Shown: piece by piece, positions 9,067-23,080 of the stretch
Layout of the letters: each line of letters opens with the position of its first letter
How positions within the stretch are numbered: the first letter of the stretch is position 1
Origin: Squalus acanthias
Taxonomy: Eukaryota
Direction: 5' to 3'
NCBI GenBank assembly: GCA_030390025.1
Contig: JASTWF010000368.1
Span: forward strand, 310,001 to 374,000
Length of the DNA stretch: 64,000 nucleotides
Notes under the pieces: generated by a model
The model's database searches: none
Told to the model about the DNA's origin: nothing
The model's input: the letters and a program-made list of their open reading frames with translations, nothing else
Made by a program: the position numbers and the translations under genes

Positions 9067-12000
9067 TTCTGTACAGTTACACAGTGAGAGAACGTTACCC
9101 TGAATAAACAGTGAGTCTGTACAGTTACACAGCGAGTGACCCTCACCCTGAATAAACACTGACTCTGTACAGTTACACAGTGAGAGACCCTTACCCTGAA
9201 TAAACAGTGACTCTGTACAGTTACACAGCGAGTGACCCTCACCCTGAATAAACACTGACTCTGTAGTTACACAGTGAGTGACCCTTACACTGAATAAACA
9301 GTGACTCTGTAGTTACACAGCGAGTGACCCTTACCCTGAATAAACAGCGACTCTGTACAGTTACACAGTGAGTGACCCTCACCCTGAATAAACAGTGACT
9401 CTGTACAGTTACACAGCGAGCGACACTTACTCTGAATAAACAGTGACTCTGTACAGTTACACAGTGAGTGACCCTCACCCTGAATAAACAGTGACTCTGT
9501 ACAGTTACACAGTGAGTGACCCTTACCCTGAATAAACAATGACTCTGTACAGTTACACAGCGAGTGACCCTTACTCTGAATAAACAGTGACTCTGTACAG
9601 TTACACAGCGAGTGACCCTCACCCTGAATAAACAGTGACTCTGTACAGTTACACAGCGAGTGACCCTCACCCTGAATAAACAGTGACTCTGTACAGTTAC
9701 ACAGTGAGTGACCCTTACCCTGAATAAACAGTGACTCTGTACAGTTACACAGTGAGTGACCCTCACCCTGAATAAGCAGTGACTCTGTACAGTTACACAG
9801 TGAGTGACCCTTACCCTGAATAAACAGTGACTCTGTACAGTTACACAGCGAGTGACCCTCACCCTGAATAAACAGTGACTCTGTACAGTTACACAGTGAG
9901 TGACCCTCACCCTGAATAAACAGTGACTCTGTACAGTTACACAGCGAGTGACCCTTACCCTGAATAAACAGTGACTCTGTACAGTTACACAGCGAGTGAC
10001 CCTCACTCTGAATAAACAGTGACTCTGTACAGTTACACAGTGAGTGACCCTCACCCTGAATAAACAGTGACTCTGTACAGTTACACAGCGAGTGACCCTT
10101 ACTCTGAATAAACAGTGACTCTGTACAGTTACACAGCGAGTGACCCTCACCCTGAATAAACAGTGACTCTGTACAGTTACACAGCGAGTGACCCTCACCC
10201 TGAATAAACAGTGACTCTGTACAGTTACACAGCGAGTGACCCTCACCCTGAATAAACAGTGACTCTGTACAGTTACACAGTGAGTGACCCTCACCCTGAA
10301 TAAACAGTGAATCTGTACAGTTACACAGTGAGTGACTCTTACCCTGAATAAACACTGACTCTGTACAGTTACACAGCGAGTGACCCTCACCCTGAATAAA
10401 CAGTGACTCTGTACAGTTACACAGCGAGTGACCCTCACCCTGAATAAACAGTGACTCTGTACAGTTACACAGTGAGTGACCCTCACCCTGAATAAACAGT
10501 GACTCTGTACAGTTACACAGCGAGTGACCCTTACCCTGAATAAACAGTGACTCTGTACAGTTACACAGCGAGTGACCCTCACTCTGAATAAACAGTGACT
10601 CTGTACAGTTACACAGTGAGTGACCCTCACCCTGAATAAACAGTGACTCTGTACAGTTACACAGCGAGTGAACTTACCCTGAATAAACAGTGACTCTGTA
10701 CAGTTACACGGCGAGTGACCCTCACCCTGAATAAACAGTGACTCTGTACAGTTACAGTGAGTGACCCTCACCCTGAATAAAAAGTGACTCTGTACAGTTG
10801 CACAGCGAGTGACCCTCACCCTGAATAAACACTGACTCTGTACATTTACACAGCGAGTGACTGTCACCCTGAATAAACAGTGACTCTGTACAGTTACAGT
10901 GAGTGACCCTCACCCTGAATAAACAGTGACTCTGTACAGTTAGTGAGTGACCCTCACCCTGAATAAACAGTGACTCTGTACAGTTACACAGCGAGTGACC
11001 CTCACTCTGAATAAACAGTGACTCTGTACAGTTACAGTGAGTGACCCTCACCCTGAATAAAAAGTGACTCTGTACAGTTACACAACGAGTGACCCTCACC
11101 CTGAATAAACACTGACTCTGTACATTTACACAGCGAGTGACTGTCACCCTGAATAAACAGTGACTCTGTACAGTTACAGTGAGTGACCCTCACCCTGAAT
11201 AAACAGTGACTCTGTACAGTTACAGTGAGTGACCCTTACCCTGAATAAACAGTGACTCTGTACAGTTACAGCGAGTGACCCTTACCCTGAATAAACAGTG
11301 ACTCTGTACAGTTACAGCGAGTGACCCTCACCCTGAATAAACAGCGACTCTGTACAGTTACACAGTGAGTGACCCTTACCCTGAATAAACAGTGACTCTG
11401 TACAGTTACACAGCGAGTGACTGTCACCCTGAATAAACAGTGACTCTGTACAGTTACACAGTGAGTGACCCTCACTCTGAATAAACAGTGACTCTGTACA
11501 GTTACACATTGAGTGACCCTTACCCTGAATAAACAGTGACTCTGTACAGTTACAGTGAGAGACCCTCACTCTGAATAAACACTGACTCTGTACAGTTACA
11601 CAGTGAGTGACTGTCACTCTGAATAAACAGTGACTCTGTACAGTTACAGTGAGTGACCCTCACCCTGAATAAACAGTGACTCTGTACAGTTAGTGAGTGA
11701 CCCTTACCCTGAATAAACAGTGACTCTGTACAGTTACACAGCGAGTGACCCTCACTCTGAATAAACAGTGACTCTGTACAGTTACACAGCGAGTGACCCT
11801 CACCCTGAATAAACAGCGACTCTGTACAGTTAGTGAGTGACCCTCACCCTGAATAAACAGTGACTCTGTACAGTTGCACAGTGAGTGACCCTTACCCTGA
11901 ATAAACAGTGACTCTGTACAGTTAGTGAGTGACCCTCACCCTGAATAAACAGTGACTCTGTACAGTTAGTGAGTGACCCTCACCCTGAATAAACAGTGAC

Positions 12001-15000
12001 TCTGTACAGTTACACAGTGAGTGACCCTTACCCTGAATAAACAGTGACTCTGTACAGTTACACAGTGAGGGACGCTTACCCTGAATAAACAGTGACTCTG
12101 TACAGTTACACAGTGAGTGACCCTTACCCTGAATAAACAGTGACTCTGTACAGTTACACAGCGAGTGACCCTTACCCTGAATAAACAGTGACTCTGTACA
12201 GTTACACAGCGAGTGACCCTCACCCTGAATAAACAGTGACTCTGTAGTTACACAGTGAGTGACCCTCACCCTGAATAAACAGTGACTCTGTACAGTTTTG
12301 AGTGACCCTCACTCTGAATAAACAGCGACTCTGTACAGTTACACATTGAGTGACCCTCACCCTGATAAACAGCGACTCTGTACTGTTACAGCGAGTGACC
12401 CTCACCCTGAATAAACAGTGAATCTGTACAGTTACACAGTGAGTGACCCTTACCCTGAATAAACAGTGACTCTGTACAGTTACACAGCGAGTGACCCTTA
12501 CCCAGAATAAACAGTGACTCTGTACTGTTACAGCGAGTGACCATCACCCTGAATAAACAGTGACTTTGTACACTTACACAGCGAGTGACCCTCACCCTGA
12601 ATAAACAGCGACTCTGTACAGTTACACAGTGAGTGACCCTTACCCTGAATAAACAGCGACTCTGTACTGTTACAGTGAGCGACCCTTACACTGAATAAAC
12701 AGTGACTCTGTACAGTTACACAGCGAGTGACCCTCATCCTGAATAAACAGTGACTCTGTACAGTTACACAGCGAGTGACCCTCACCCTGAATAAACAGTG
12801 ACTCTGTACAGTTACACAGCGAGTGACCCTCACCCTGAATAAACAGTGACTCTGTACAGTTACACAGCGAGTGACCCTCACCCTGAATAAACAGTGACTC
12901 TGTACAGTTACACAGCGAGTGACCCTTACCCTGAATAAACAGTGACTCTGTATAGTTACACAGTGAGTGACCCTTACCCTGAATAAACAGCGACTCTGTA
13001 CAGTTACACAGTGAGTGACCCTCACCCTGAATAAACAGTGACTCTGTATAGTTACACAGTGAGCGACCCTTACACTGAATAAACAGTGACTCTGTACAGT
13101 TACACAGCGAGTGACCCTTACCCTGAATAAACAGTGACTCTGTACAGTTACACAGCGAGTGACCCTCACTCTGAATAAACAGTGACTCTGTACAGTTACA
13201 CAGTGAGTGACCCTCACCCTGAATAAACAGTGACTCTGTACAGTTACACAGCGAGTGAACTTACCCTGAATAAACAGTGACTCTGTACAGTTACACGGCG
13301 AGTGACCCTCACCCTGAATAAACAGTGACTCTGTACAGTTACAGTGAGTGACCCTCACCCTGAATAAAAAGTGACTCTGTACAGTTGCACAGCGAGTGAC
13401 CCTCACCCTGAATAAACACTGACTCTGTACATTTACACAGCGAGTGACTGTCACCCTGAATAAACAGTGACTCTGTACAGTTACAGTGAGTGACCCTCAC
13501 CCTGAATAAACAGTGACTCTGTACAGTTAGTGAGTGACCCTCACCCTGAATAAACAGTGACTCTGTACAGTTACACAGCGAGTGACCCTCACTCTGAATA
13601 AACAGTGACTCTGTACAGTTACAGTGAGTGACCCTCACCCTGAATAAAAAGTGACTCTGTACAGTTACACAACGAGTGACCCTCACCCTGAATAAACACT
13701 GACTCTGTACATTTACACAGCGAGTGACTGTCACCCTGAATAAACAGTGACTCTGTACAGTTACAGTGAGTGACCCTCACCCTGAATAAACAGTGACTCT
13801 GTACAGTTACAGTGAGTGACCCTTACCCTGAATAAACAGTGACTCTGTACAGTTACAGCGAGTGACCCTTACCCTGAATAAACAGTGACTCTGTACAGTT
13901 ACAGCGAGTGACCCTCACCCTGAATAAACAGCGACTCTGTACAGTTACACAGTGAGTGACCCTTACCCTGAATAAACAGTGACTCTGTACAGTTACACAG
14001 CGAGTGACTGTCACCCTGAATAAACAGTGACTCTGTACAGTTACACAGTGAGTGACCCTCACTCTGAATAAACAGTGACTCTGTACAGTTACACATTGAG
14101 TGACCCTTACCCTGAATAAACAGTGACTCTGTACAGTTACAGTGAGAGACCCTCACTCTGAATAAACACTGACTCTGTACAGTTACACAGTGAGTGACTG
14201 TCACTCTGAATAAACAGTGACTCTGTACAGTTACAGTGAGTGACCCTCACCCTGAATAAACAGTGACTCTGTACAGTTAGTGAGTGACCCTTACCCTGAA
14301 TAAACAGTGACTCTGTACAGTTACACAGCGAGTGACCCTCACTCTGAATAAACAGTGACTCTGTACAGTTACACAGCGAGTGACCCTCACCCTGAATAAA
14401 CAGCGACTCTGTACAGTTAGTGAGTGACCCTCACCCTGAATAAACAGTGACTCTGTACAGTTGCACAGTGAGTGACCCTTACCCTGAATAAACAGTGACT
14501 CTGTACAGTTAGTGAGTGACCCTCACCCTGAATAAACAGTGACTCTGTACAGTTAGTGAGTGACCCTCACCCTGAATAAACAGTGACTCTGTACAGTTAC
14601 ACAGTGAGTGACCCTTACCCTGAATAAACAGTGACTCTGTACAGTTACACAGTGAGGGACGCTTACCCTGAATAAACAGTGACTCTGTACAGTTACACAG
14701 TGAGTGACCCTTACCCTGAATAAACAGTGACTCTGTACAGTTACACAGCGAGTGACCCTTACCCTGAATAAACAGTGACTCTGTACAGTTACACAGCGAG
14801 TGACCCTCACCCTGAATAAACAGTGACTCTGTAGTTACACAGTGAGTGACCCTCACCCTGAATAAACAGTGACTCTGTACAGTTTTGAGTGACCCTCACT
14901 CTGAATAAACAGCGACTCTGTACAGTTACACATTGAGTGACCCTCACCCTGATAAACAGCGACTCTGTACTGTTACAGCGAGTGACCCTCACCCTGAATA

Positions 15001-16552
15001 AACAGTGAATCTGTACAGTTACACAGTGAGTGACCCTTACCCTGAATAAACAGTGACTCTGTACAGTTACACAGCGAGTGACCCTTACCCAGAATAAACA
15101 GTGACTCTGTACTGTTACAGCGAGTGACCATCACCCTGAATAAACAGTGACTTTGTACACTTACACAGCGAGTGACCCTCACCCTGAATAAACAGCGACT
15201 CTGTACAGTTACACAGTGAGTGACCCTTACCCTGAATAAACAGCGACTCTGTACTGTTACAGTGAGCGACCCTTACACTGAATAAACAGTGACTCTGTAC
15301 AGTTACACAGCGAGTGACCCTCATCCTGAATAAACAGTGACTCTGTACAGTTACACAGCGAGTGACCCTCACCCTGAATAAACAGTGACTCTGTACAGTT
15401 ACACAGCGAGTGACCCTCACCCTGAATAAACAGTGACTCTGTACAGTTACACAGCGAGTGACCCTCACCCTGAATAAACAGTGACTCTGTACAGTTACAC
15501 AGCGAGTGACCCTTACCCTGAATAAACAGTGACTCTGTATAGTTACACAGTGAGTGACCCTTACCCTGAATAAACAGCGACTCTGTACAGTTACACAGTG
15601 AGTGACCCTCACCCTGAATAAACAGTGACTCTGTATAGTTACACAGTGAGCGACCCTTACACTGAATAAACAGTGACTCTGTACAGTTACACAGCGAGTG
15701 ACCCTCACCCTGAATAAACAGCGACTCTGTATAGTTACACAGTGAGTGACCCTCACCCTGAATAAACAGTGACTCTGTACAGTTACAGTGAGCGACCCTT
15801 ACACTGAATAAACAGTGACTCTGTACAGTTACACAGCGAGTGACCCTCACCCTGAATAAACAGCGACTCTGTACTGTTACAGTGAGCGACCCTTACACTG
15901 AATAAACAGCGACTCTGTATAGTTACACAGTGAGTGACCCTTACCCTGAATAAACAGTGACTCTGTACAGTTACACAGCGAGTGACCCTCACCCTGAATA
16001 AACAGCGACTCTGTACAGTTACACAGCGAGTGACCCTCACCCTGAATAAACAGCGACTCTGTATAGTTACACAGTGAGTGACCCTTACCCTGAATAAACA
16101 GCGACTCTGTACTGTTACAGTGAGCGACCCTTACACTGAATAAACAGCGACTCTGTACAATTACACAGCGAGTGACCCTCACCCTGAATAAACAGTGACT
16201 CTGTACAGTTACACAGCGAGTGACTGTTAGAATGAGTGAGAGTGTGTGAGATGGTGAAAGTGAGAATGTGTGTGACAGAGAACACGACAGCAAGAGAGCG
16301 CGAGACAGAGGGAGCGACAGAGAGGGAGAGAGAGAGACTCGGAGTGTGAGAGAGAGAGTGGCAGTGACGCGGAGACGTGTGTGGGCCTGGTTTGGGAGGA
16401 GTACAGGGAACTGTTTACACAGGCAGGCAGCCAAATCTCCTCGCCACCTCTCGCTCGCTGACTGGCTCTGTCGGAAATGCTCTAATGTTTACAGCTCACA
16501 CTGTGTACTTTGTTTCATTGCAAGATAAATCTTCTCAAGGTGCTCAGCACCA

Positions 16553-18060
16553 TTGTCAGGATAATGTAGAGGGAGCTCTACACTGTATCTAACCCGTGCT
16601 GTACCTGCCCTGGGAGCGCTCGATGCTGACACTGGGTATAAAGTGGGGGACACACTGTCAGGGTAATGTAGAGGGAGCTCTACACTGTATCTAACCCGTG
16701 CTGTACCTGCCCTGGGAGCGCTCGATGCTGACACTGGGTATAAAGTGGGGGACACACTGTCAGGGTAATGTAGAGGGAGCTCTACACTGTATCTAACCCG
16801 TGCTGTACCTGCCCTGGGAGCGCTCGATGCTGACACTGGGTATAAAGTGGGGGACACACTGTCAGGGTAATGTAGAGGGAGCTCTACACTGTATCTAACC
16901 CGTGCTGTACCTGCCCTGGGAGCGCTCGATGCTGACACTGGGTATAAAGTGGGGACACACTGTCAGGGTAATGTAGAGGGAGCTCTACACTGTATCTAAC
17001 CCGTGCTGTACCTGCCCTGGGAGCGCTCGATGCTGACACTGGGTATAAAGTGGGGGACACACTGTCAGGGTAATGTAGAGGGAGCTCTACACTGTATCTA
17101 ACCCGTGCTGTACCTGCCCTGGGAGCGCTCGATGCTGACACTGGGTATAAAGTGGGGGACACACTGTCAGGGTAATGTAGAGGGAGCTCTACACTGTATC
17201 TAACCCGTGCTGTACCTGCCCTGGGAGCGCTCGATGCTGACACTGGGTATAAAGTGGGGGACACACTGTCAGGGTAATGTAGAGGGAGCTCTACACTGTA
17301 TCTAACCCGTGCTGTACCTGCCCTGGGAGCGCTCGATGCTGACACTGGGTATAAAGTGGGGGACACACTGTCAGGGTAATGTAGAGGGAGCTCTACACTG
17401 TATCTAACCCGTGCTGTACCTGCCCTGGGAGCGCTCGATGCTGACACTGGGTATAAAGTGGGGGACACACTGTCAGGGTAATGTAGAGGGAGCTCTACAC
17501 TGTATCTAACCCGTGCTGTACCTGCCCTGGGAGCGCTCGATGCTGACACTGGGTATAAAGTGGGGGACACACTGTCAGGGTAATGTAGAGGGAGCTCTAC
17601 ACTGTATCTAACCCGTGCTGTACCTGCCCTGGGAGCGCTCGATGCTGACACTGGGTATAAAGTGGGGGACACACTGTCAGGGTAATGTAGAGGGAGCTCT
17701 ACACTGTATCTAACCCGTGCTGTACCTGCCCTGGGAGCGCTCGATGCTGACACTGGGTATAAAGTGGGGGACACACTGTCAGGGTAATGTAGAGGGAGCT
17801 CTACACTGTATCTAACCCGTGCTGTACCTGCCCTGGGAGCGCTCGATGCTGACACTGGGTATAAAGTGGGGGACACACTGTCAGGGTAATGTAGAGGGAG
17901 CTCTACACTGTATCTAACCCGTGCTGTACCTGCCCTGGGAGCGCTCGATGCTGACACTGGGTATAAAGTGGGTGTACACACTGTCAGGGTAATGTAGAGG
18001 GAGCTCCACACTGTATCTAACCCGTGCTGTACCTGCCCTGGGAGCGCTCGATGCTGACAC
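16553..18060. repeat. 102-bp tandem repeat, ~15 near-identical units, reverse orientation relative to 58425-59935
   Basis: Period 102 (e.g. CGATGCTGAC at 16621 and 16723). Confidence 0.97.
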
Positions 18061-18304
18061 TAGCTGTGATTGTTCCCATGACTGGCAGTGGGTGAAACAA
18101 AGGGGAGAGATCGATATCTGTCAGTACACGCTCTCTGGAGTCTCTCACTGAGAGAACTGATGGTGTCTCTTGCCAGTTAAATCTGCTCAGACTGGTTGAA
18201 CTCGTATTGCTGCTGAATGTTCCTGCTAAATCATTCTCCTCCCCATAAACCGTTGACAATCTCACAACCCCTGGTGTCAGGTTCCAATCCCAGCCAACAA
18301 AGCC

Positions 18305-18640
18305 TCATTCCCAGGTATCTGTTATTCTATATATAAACCCCACCGAACCCCTCGATTAGATTCCAGCCTGTAACTCACTCCCGGGTATCTGTTATTCTAT
18401 ATATAAACACCCTCGAACCCCTCGATTAGATTCCAGCCTGTAACTCACTCCCGGGTATCTGTTATTCTATATATAAACCCCCCGAACCCCTCGATTAGAT
18501 TCCAGCCTGTAACTCACTCCCGGGTATCTGTTATTCTATATATAAACCCCCCGAACCCCTCGATTAGATTCCAGCCTGTAACTCACTCCCGGGTATCTGT
18601 TATTCTTTATATAAACCCCCCGAACCCCTCAATTAGATTT
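18305..18640. repeat. 69-70 bp tandem repeat, ~5 units
   Basis: CCGGGTATCTGTTATTC at 18381, 18451, 18520 and 18589. Confidence 0.95.
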
Positions 18641-19562
18641 CAGTGTGTGTGAGAGCCCGGGTGTGAGGGAATGTTCCTTTAATAGTGATTTTAGTGTGTG
18701 TATGGGCCCGGGTGTGAAGGAACACTCCTTTAATAGTGATTTCAGTGTGTGTGAGAGCCGGGGTGTGAAGGAACACTCCTTTAATAGTGATTTCAGTATG
18801 TGTGTGAGCCTGGGTGTGAAGGAACGCTCCTTTAATAGTAATTTCAGTGTGAGAGAGCCCGGGTGTGAAGGAACGCTCCTTTAATAGTGATTTCAGTGTG
18901 TGAGAGAGCCCGGGTGTGAAGGAACGCTCCTTTAATAGTAATTTCAGTGTGAGAGAGCCTGGGTGTGAGGGAACGCTCCTTTAGTAGTGATTTCAGTGTG
19001 TGTGTGAGCCTGGGTGTGAAGGAACACTCCTTTAATAGTGATTTCAGTGTGTAAGCCTGGGTGTGAAGGAACGCTCCTTTAATAGTGATTTCAGTGTGTG
19101 TGAGCCCGGGTGTGAAGGAACACTCCTTTAATAGTGATTTCAGTGTGTGTGTGAGTGAGCCCGGGTTTGAAGGAACACTCCTTTAATAGTGATTTCAGTG
19201 TGTGTGTGAGCCCGGGTGTGAAGGAACGCTCCTTTAACAGTGATTTCAGTGTGTGTGTGTGAGCCCGGGTTTGAAGGAACACTCCTTTAATAGTGATTTC
19301 AGTGTGTGTGTGAGCCTGGGTGTGAAGGAACACTCCTTTAATAGTGATTTCTGTGTGTGTGTGTGTGTGTGTGAGAGCCCAGGTGTGAAGGAACACTCCT
19401 TTAATAGTGATTTCAGTGTGTGTGTGAGCCCGGGTGTGAAGGAACACTCCTTTAATAGTGATTTCAGTGTATGTGTGAGCCCGGGTGTGAAGGAACACTC
19501 CTTTAATAGTGATTTCACTGTGTGTGTGAGCCCGGGTGTGAAGGAACACGCCTTTAATAGTG
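18638..19562. repeat. ~48-50 bp minisatellite, same family and orientation as 1-196/4217-4560
   Basis: Tandem GTGTGAAGGAACACTCCTTTAATAGTGATTTCAG units. Confidence 0.95.
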
Positions 19563-19769
19563 AGTTGTGCTGGAAAATGCAGGATTGAGACTGAATGTTT
19601 TAATCTCCGCTCCCAGGAGTGAGTCACAAATGTTTTCCTTGGCCCCATGCCTTGGTGTAGCTCAGGGCTGGAGAGTGTGTGGGGGAGGGGGACACCATGG
19701 GCAGACCTCCCACTCCACCGTTCGGCTCCAAACTGGAACATCGGTTCGGGAAGCCCTATGGCCACACAC

Positions 19770-20185
19770 ACCCCTTCCCATTGCCCACAATCCCCAGGGA
19801 CCCAAACCCCTTCCCAGTCACTCCCATTGTTCACAATCCCAATGGACCAAACCCCTTCCCTTTCACTCCCATTGTACACAATCCCCATGGACCAAATCCC
19901 TTCCCTTTCACTCCCATTGTACACAATCCCCATGGACCCAAACCCCTTCCCAGTCACTCCCATTGTTCACAATCCCAATGGACCAAATCCCTTCCCTTTC
20001 ACTCCCATTGTACTCAATCCCAATGGATCAAACCCCTTCCCATTCACTCCCATTGTACACAATCCCAATGGACCCAAACCCCTTCCCATTCACTCCCATT
20101 GTACACAATCCCAATGGACCAAACCCCTTCCCATTCATTCCCATTTTACACAATCCCAATGGACCAAACCCCTTCCTATTCACTC
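19770..20185. repeat. Short diverged array (~9 units) of the 45/46-bp satellite, inverted relative to 27742-48522
   Basis: Units CCCTTCCCATTCACTCCCATTGTACACAATCCCAATGGACCAAAC. Confidence 0.93.
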
Positions 20186-21190
20186 AGGATGTCCCAAAGC
20201 GCCTTTCAGCCAATTAAGTAATATTGAAGTGTGGTCACTTTTGTAATGTAGGAAACGCGGCAGCCAAATTGGGCACAGCAAGCTCCTACAAATAGCAATT
20301 TGATAATGACCAGATAATCTGTTTTTTTCCATCATGTTGGTTGAGGGTAAATATTGACCCAGGACAGCGGGGAGAACTTCCCCTTGCTCTTCTTCCAATA
20401 GTGTCCGTGGGATCTTTTACATCGACCCGAGAGGACAGATGGTATAAATTCTCAAATGGCACCTCCGACAGTGCAGCGCGCCCTCAGTACTGACCCTCTG
20501 ACAGTGCAGCACTCCCTCAGTACTGCCCCTCCGACAGTGCAGCGCTCCCTCAGTACTGCCCCTCCGACGGTGCAACGCTCCCTCAGTACTGCCCCTCCGA
20601 CAGTGCAGCGCTCCCTCGGTACTGCCCCTCCGACAGTGCAGCGCTCCCTCAGTTCTGCCCCTCCGATGGTGCAACGCTCCCTCAGTACTGCCCCTCCGAC
20701 AGTGCAGCGCTCCCTCAGTACAGCCCCTCCGACAGTGCAACGCTCCCTCAGTTCTGCCCCTCCGACAGTGCAACGCTCCCTCAGTACTGCCCCTCCGACA
20801 GTGCAGCGCTCCCTCAGTACAGCCCCTCCGACAGTGCAGCGCTCCCTCAGTACTGCCCCTCCGACGGTGCAACGCTCGCTCAGTACTGACCCGCCGACAG
20901 TGCAGCGCTCCCTCAGTACTGCCCCTCCGACAGTGCAGCTCTCCCTCAGTACTGCCCCTCCGACAGTGCGGCACTCCCTCAGTACTGCCCCTCCGACAGT
21001 GCGGCACTCCCTCAGTACTGCCACTCCGACAGTGCGGCGCTCCCTCAGTACTGCCCCTCCGACAGTGCGGCATTCCCTCAGTGCTGCACTAGGGTGTGTC
21101 GGACTGGATTATGGGCTAAAATTTTTGGAGTTGGGCTCGAAACCACATCCCTCTGACTCAGAGGGGAGAGTGAGTCTGACTGAGTCAAGT
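20185..21190 (-). mobile_element. tRNA-headed Deu-domain-like SINE with an internal 33-bp minisatellite expansion
   Basis: The reverse complement aligns with the SINE at 27099-27505 on both sides of the 20462-21085 array. Confidence 0.8.
20462..21085. repeat. 33-bp minisatellite (CCTCCGACAGTGCAGCGCTCCCTCAGTACTGCC), ~19 units
   Basis: Direct periodicity; STAPPTVQRSL repeats in the ORF track. Confidence 0.96.
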
Positions 21191-21269
21191 CTGCCCCACC
21201 CATCAGGGTAGTGTTTGTGAATCAGAGTTGAGGCCAGAAGAGGTGGAATGGTCTAGAATATAAATCTCT

Positions 21270-23080
21270 GCGTCTGTGGGACCCGTACCCCGGTGAGAGT
21301 CAGTGTCTGTGGAGCCTGTACCCCAGTGAGAGTCAGTGTCTGTGGAACCCGTACCCGAGTGAGAGTCAGTGTCTGTGGAACCCGTACCCGAGTGAGAGTC
21401 AGTGTCTGTGGAACCCGTATCCCAGTGAGAGTCAGTGTCTGTGGAACCCGTACCCCAGTGAGAGTCAGTGTCTGTGGGACCCGTACCCCAGTGAGAGTCA
21501 GTGCCTGTGGAACCCGTACCCCAGTGAGAGTCAGTGCCTGTGGAACCCGTACCCCAGTGAGAGTCAGTGTCTGTGGGACCCGTACCCCAGTGAGAGTCAG
21601 TGTCTGTGGAACCCGTACCCCAGTGAGAGTCAGTGTCTGTGGAACTGTACCCCAGTGAGAGTCAGTGTCTGTGGAACCCGTACCCCAGTGAGAGTCAGTG
21701 TCTGTGGGACCCATACCCCAGTGAGAGTCAGTGTCTGTGGGACCCGTACCCCAGTGAGAATCAGTGTCTGTGGAACCCGTACCCCAGTGAGAGTCAGTGT
21801 GTGTGGAACCCGTACCCCAGTGAGAGTCAGTGTCTGTGGGACCCGTACCCCAGTGAGAATCAGTGTCTGTGGAACCCGTACACCAGTGAGAGTCAGTGTC
21901 TGTCGAACCCGTACCCCAGTGAGAGTCAGTGTCTGTCGAACCCGTACACCAGTGAGAGTCAGTGTCTGTGGAACCCGTACCCCGGTGAGAGTCAGTGTCT
22001 GTGGAGCCCGTACCCCAGTGAGAGTCAGTGTCTGTGGAACAGTACCCCAGTGAGAGTCAGTGTCTGTGGAACCCGTACCCCAGTGAGAGTCAGTGTCTGT
22101 GGAACCCGTACCCCAGTGAGAGTCAGTGTCTGTGGAACAGTATCCCAGTGAGAGTCAGTGTCTGTGGAACCCGTACCCCAGTGAGAGTCAGTGTCTGTGG
22201 GACCCGTACCCCAGTGAGAGTCAGTGCCTGTGGAACCCGTACCCCAGTGAGAGTCAGTGCCTGTGGAACCCGTACCCCAGTGAGAGTCAGTGTCTGTGGG
22301 ACCCGTACCCCAGTGAGAGTCAGTGTCTGTGGAACCCGTACCCCAGTGAGAGTCAGTGTCTGTGGAACTGTACCCCAGTGAGAGTCAGTGTCTGTGGAAC
22401 CCGTACCCCAGTGAGAGTCAGTGTCTGTGGGACCCATACCCCAGTGAGAGTCAGTGTCTGTGGGACCCGTACCCCAGTGAGAATCAGTGTCTGTGGAACC
22501 CGTACCCCAGTGAGAGTCAGTGTGTGTGGAACCCGTACCCCAGTGAGAGTCAGTGTCTGTGGGACCCGTACCCCAGTGAGAATCAGTGTCTGTGGAACCC
22601 GTACACCAGTGAGAGTCAGTGTCTGTCGAACCCGTACCCCAGTGAGAGTCAGTGTCTGTCGAACCCGTACACCAGTGAGAGTCAGTGTCTGTGGAACCCG
22701 TACCCCGGTGAGAGTCAGTGTCTGTGGAGCCCGTACCCCAGTGAGAGTCAGTGTCTGTGGAACAGTACCCCAGTGAGAGTCAGTGTCTGTGGAACCCGTA
22801 CCCCAGTGAGAGTCAGTGTCTGTGGAACCCGTACCCCAGTGAGAGTCAGTGTCTGTGGAACAGTATCCCAGTGAGAGTCAGTGTCTGTGGAACTGTACCC
22901 CAGTGAGAGTCAGTGTCTGTGGGACCCATACCCCAATGAGAGTCAGTGTCTGTGGGACCCATACCCCAGTGAGTCAGTGTCTGTGGAAATCATACCCCAG
23001 TGAGAGTCAGTGTCTGTGGGACCCGTACCCCAGTGAGAGTCAGTGTCTGTGGAACCCGTACCCCAGTGAGAGTCAGTGCC
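21270..23080. repeat. 33-bp minisatellite (GTGAGAGTCAGTGTCTGTGGAACCCGTACCCCA), ~55 units, with a 723-bp internal duplication
   Basis: Direct periodicity; identical ORFs 21633..22151 and 22356..22874. Confidence 0.96.

Larger units (their letters stand above)
6745..16227. repeat. 48-bp satellite (GTGAGTGACCCTCACCCTGAATAAACAGTGACTCTGTACAGTTACACA), ~165 units, interrupted by a Penelope-like element
   Basis: Tandem periodicity read directly; source of the CNCTESLFIQGKGHSL ORFs. Confidence 0.97.

Noticed and set aside
6707..16434. Cys/His-rich repeat ORFs (CNCTESLFIQGKGHSL) resembling zinc-finger proteins; also 54398-57290
   Set aside because: Translations of a 48-bp satellite with frequent frameshifting indels; the right-hand array lies in an intron.
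16553..23080. CRISPR-like regular repeats
   Set aside because: Units are head-to-tail with no unique spacers, there are no cas genes, and the context is eukaryotic.
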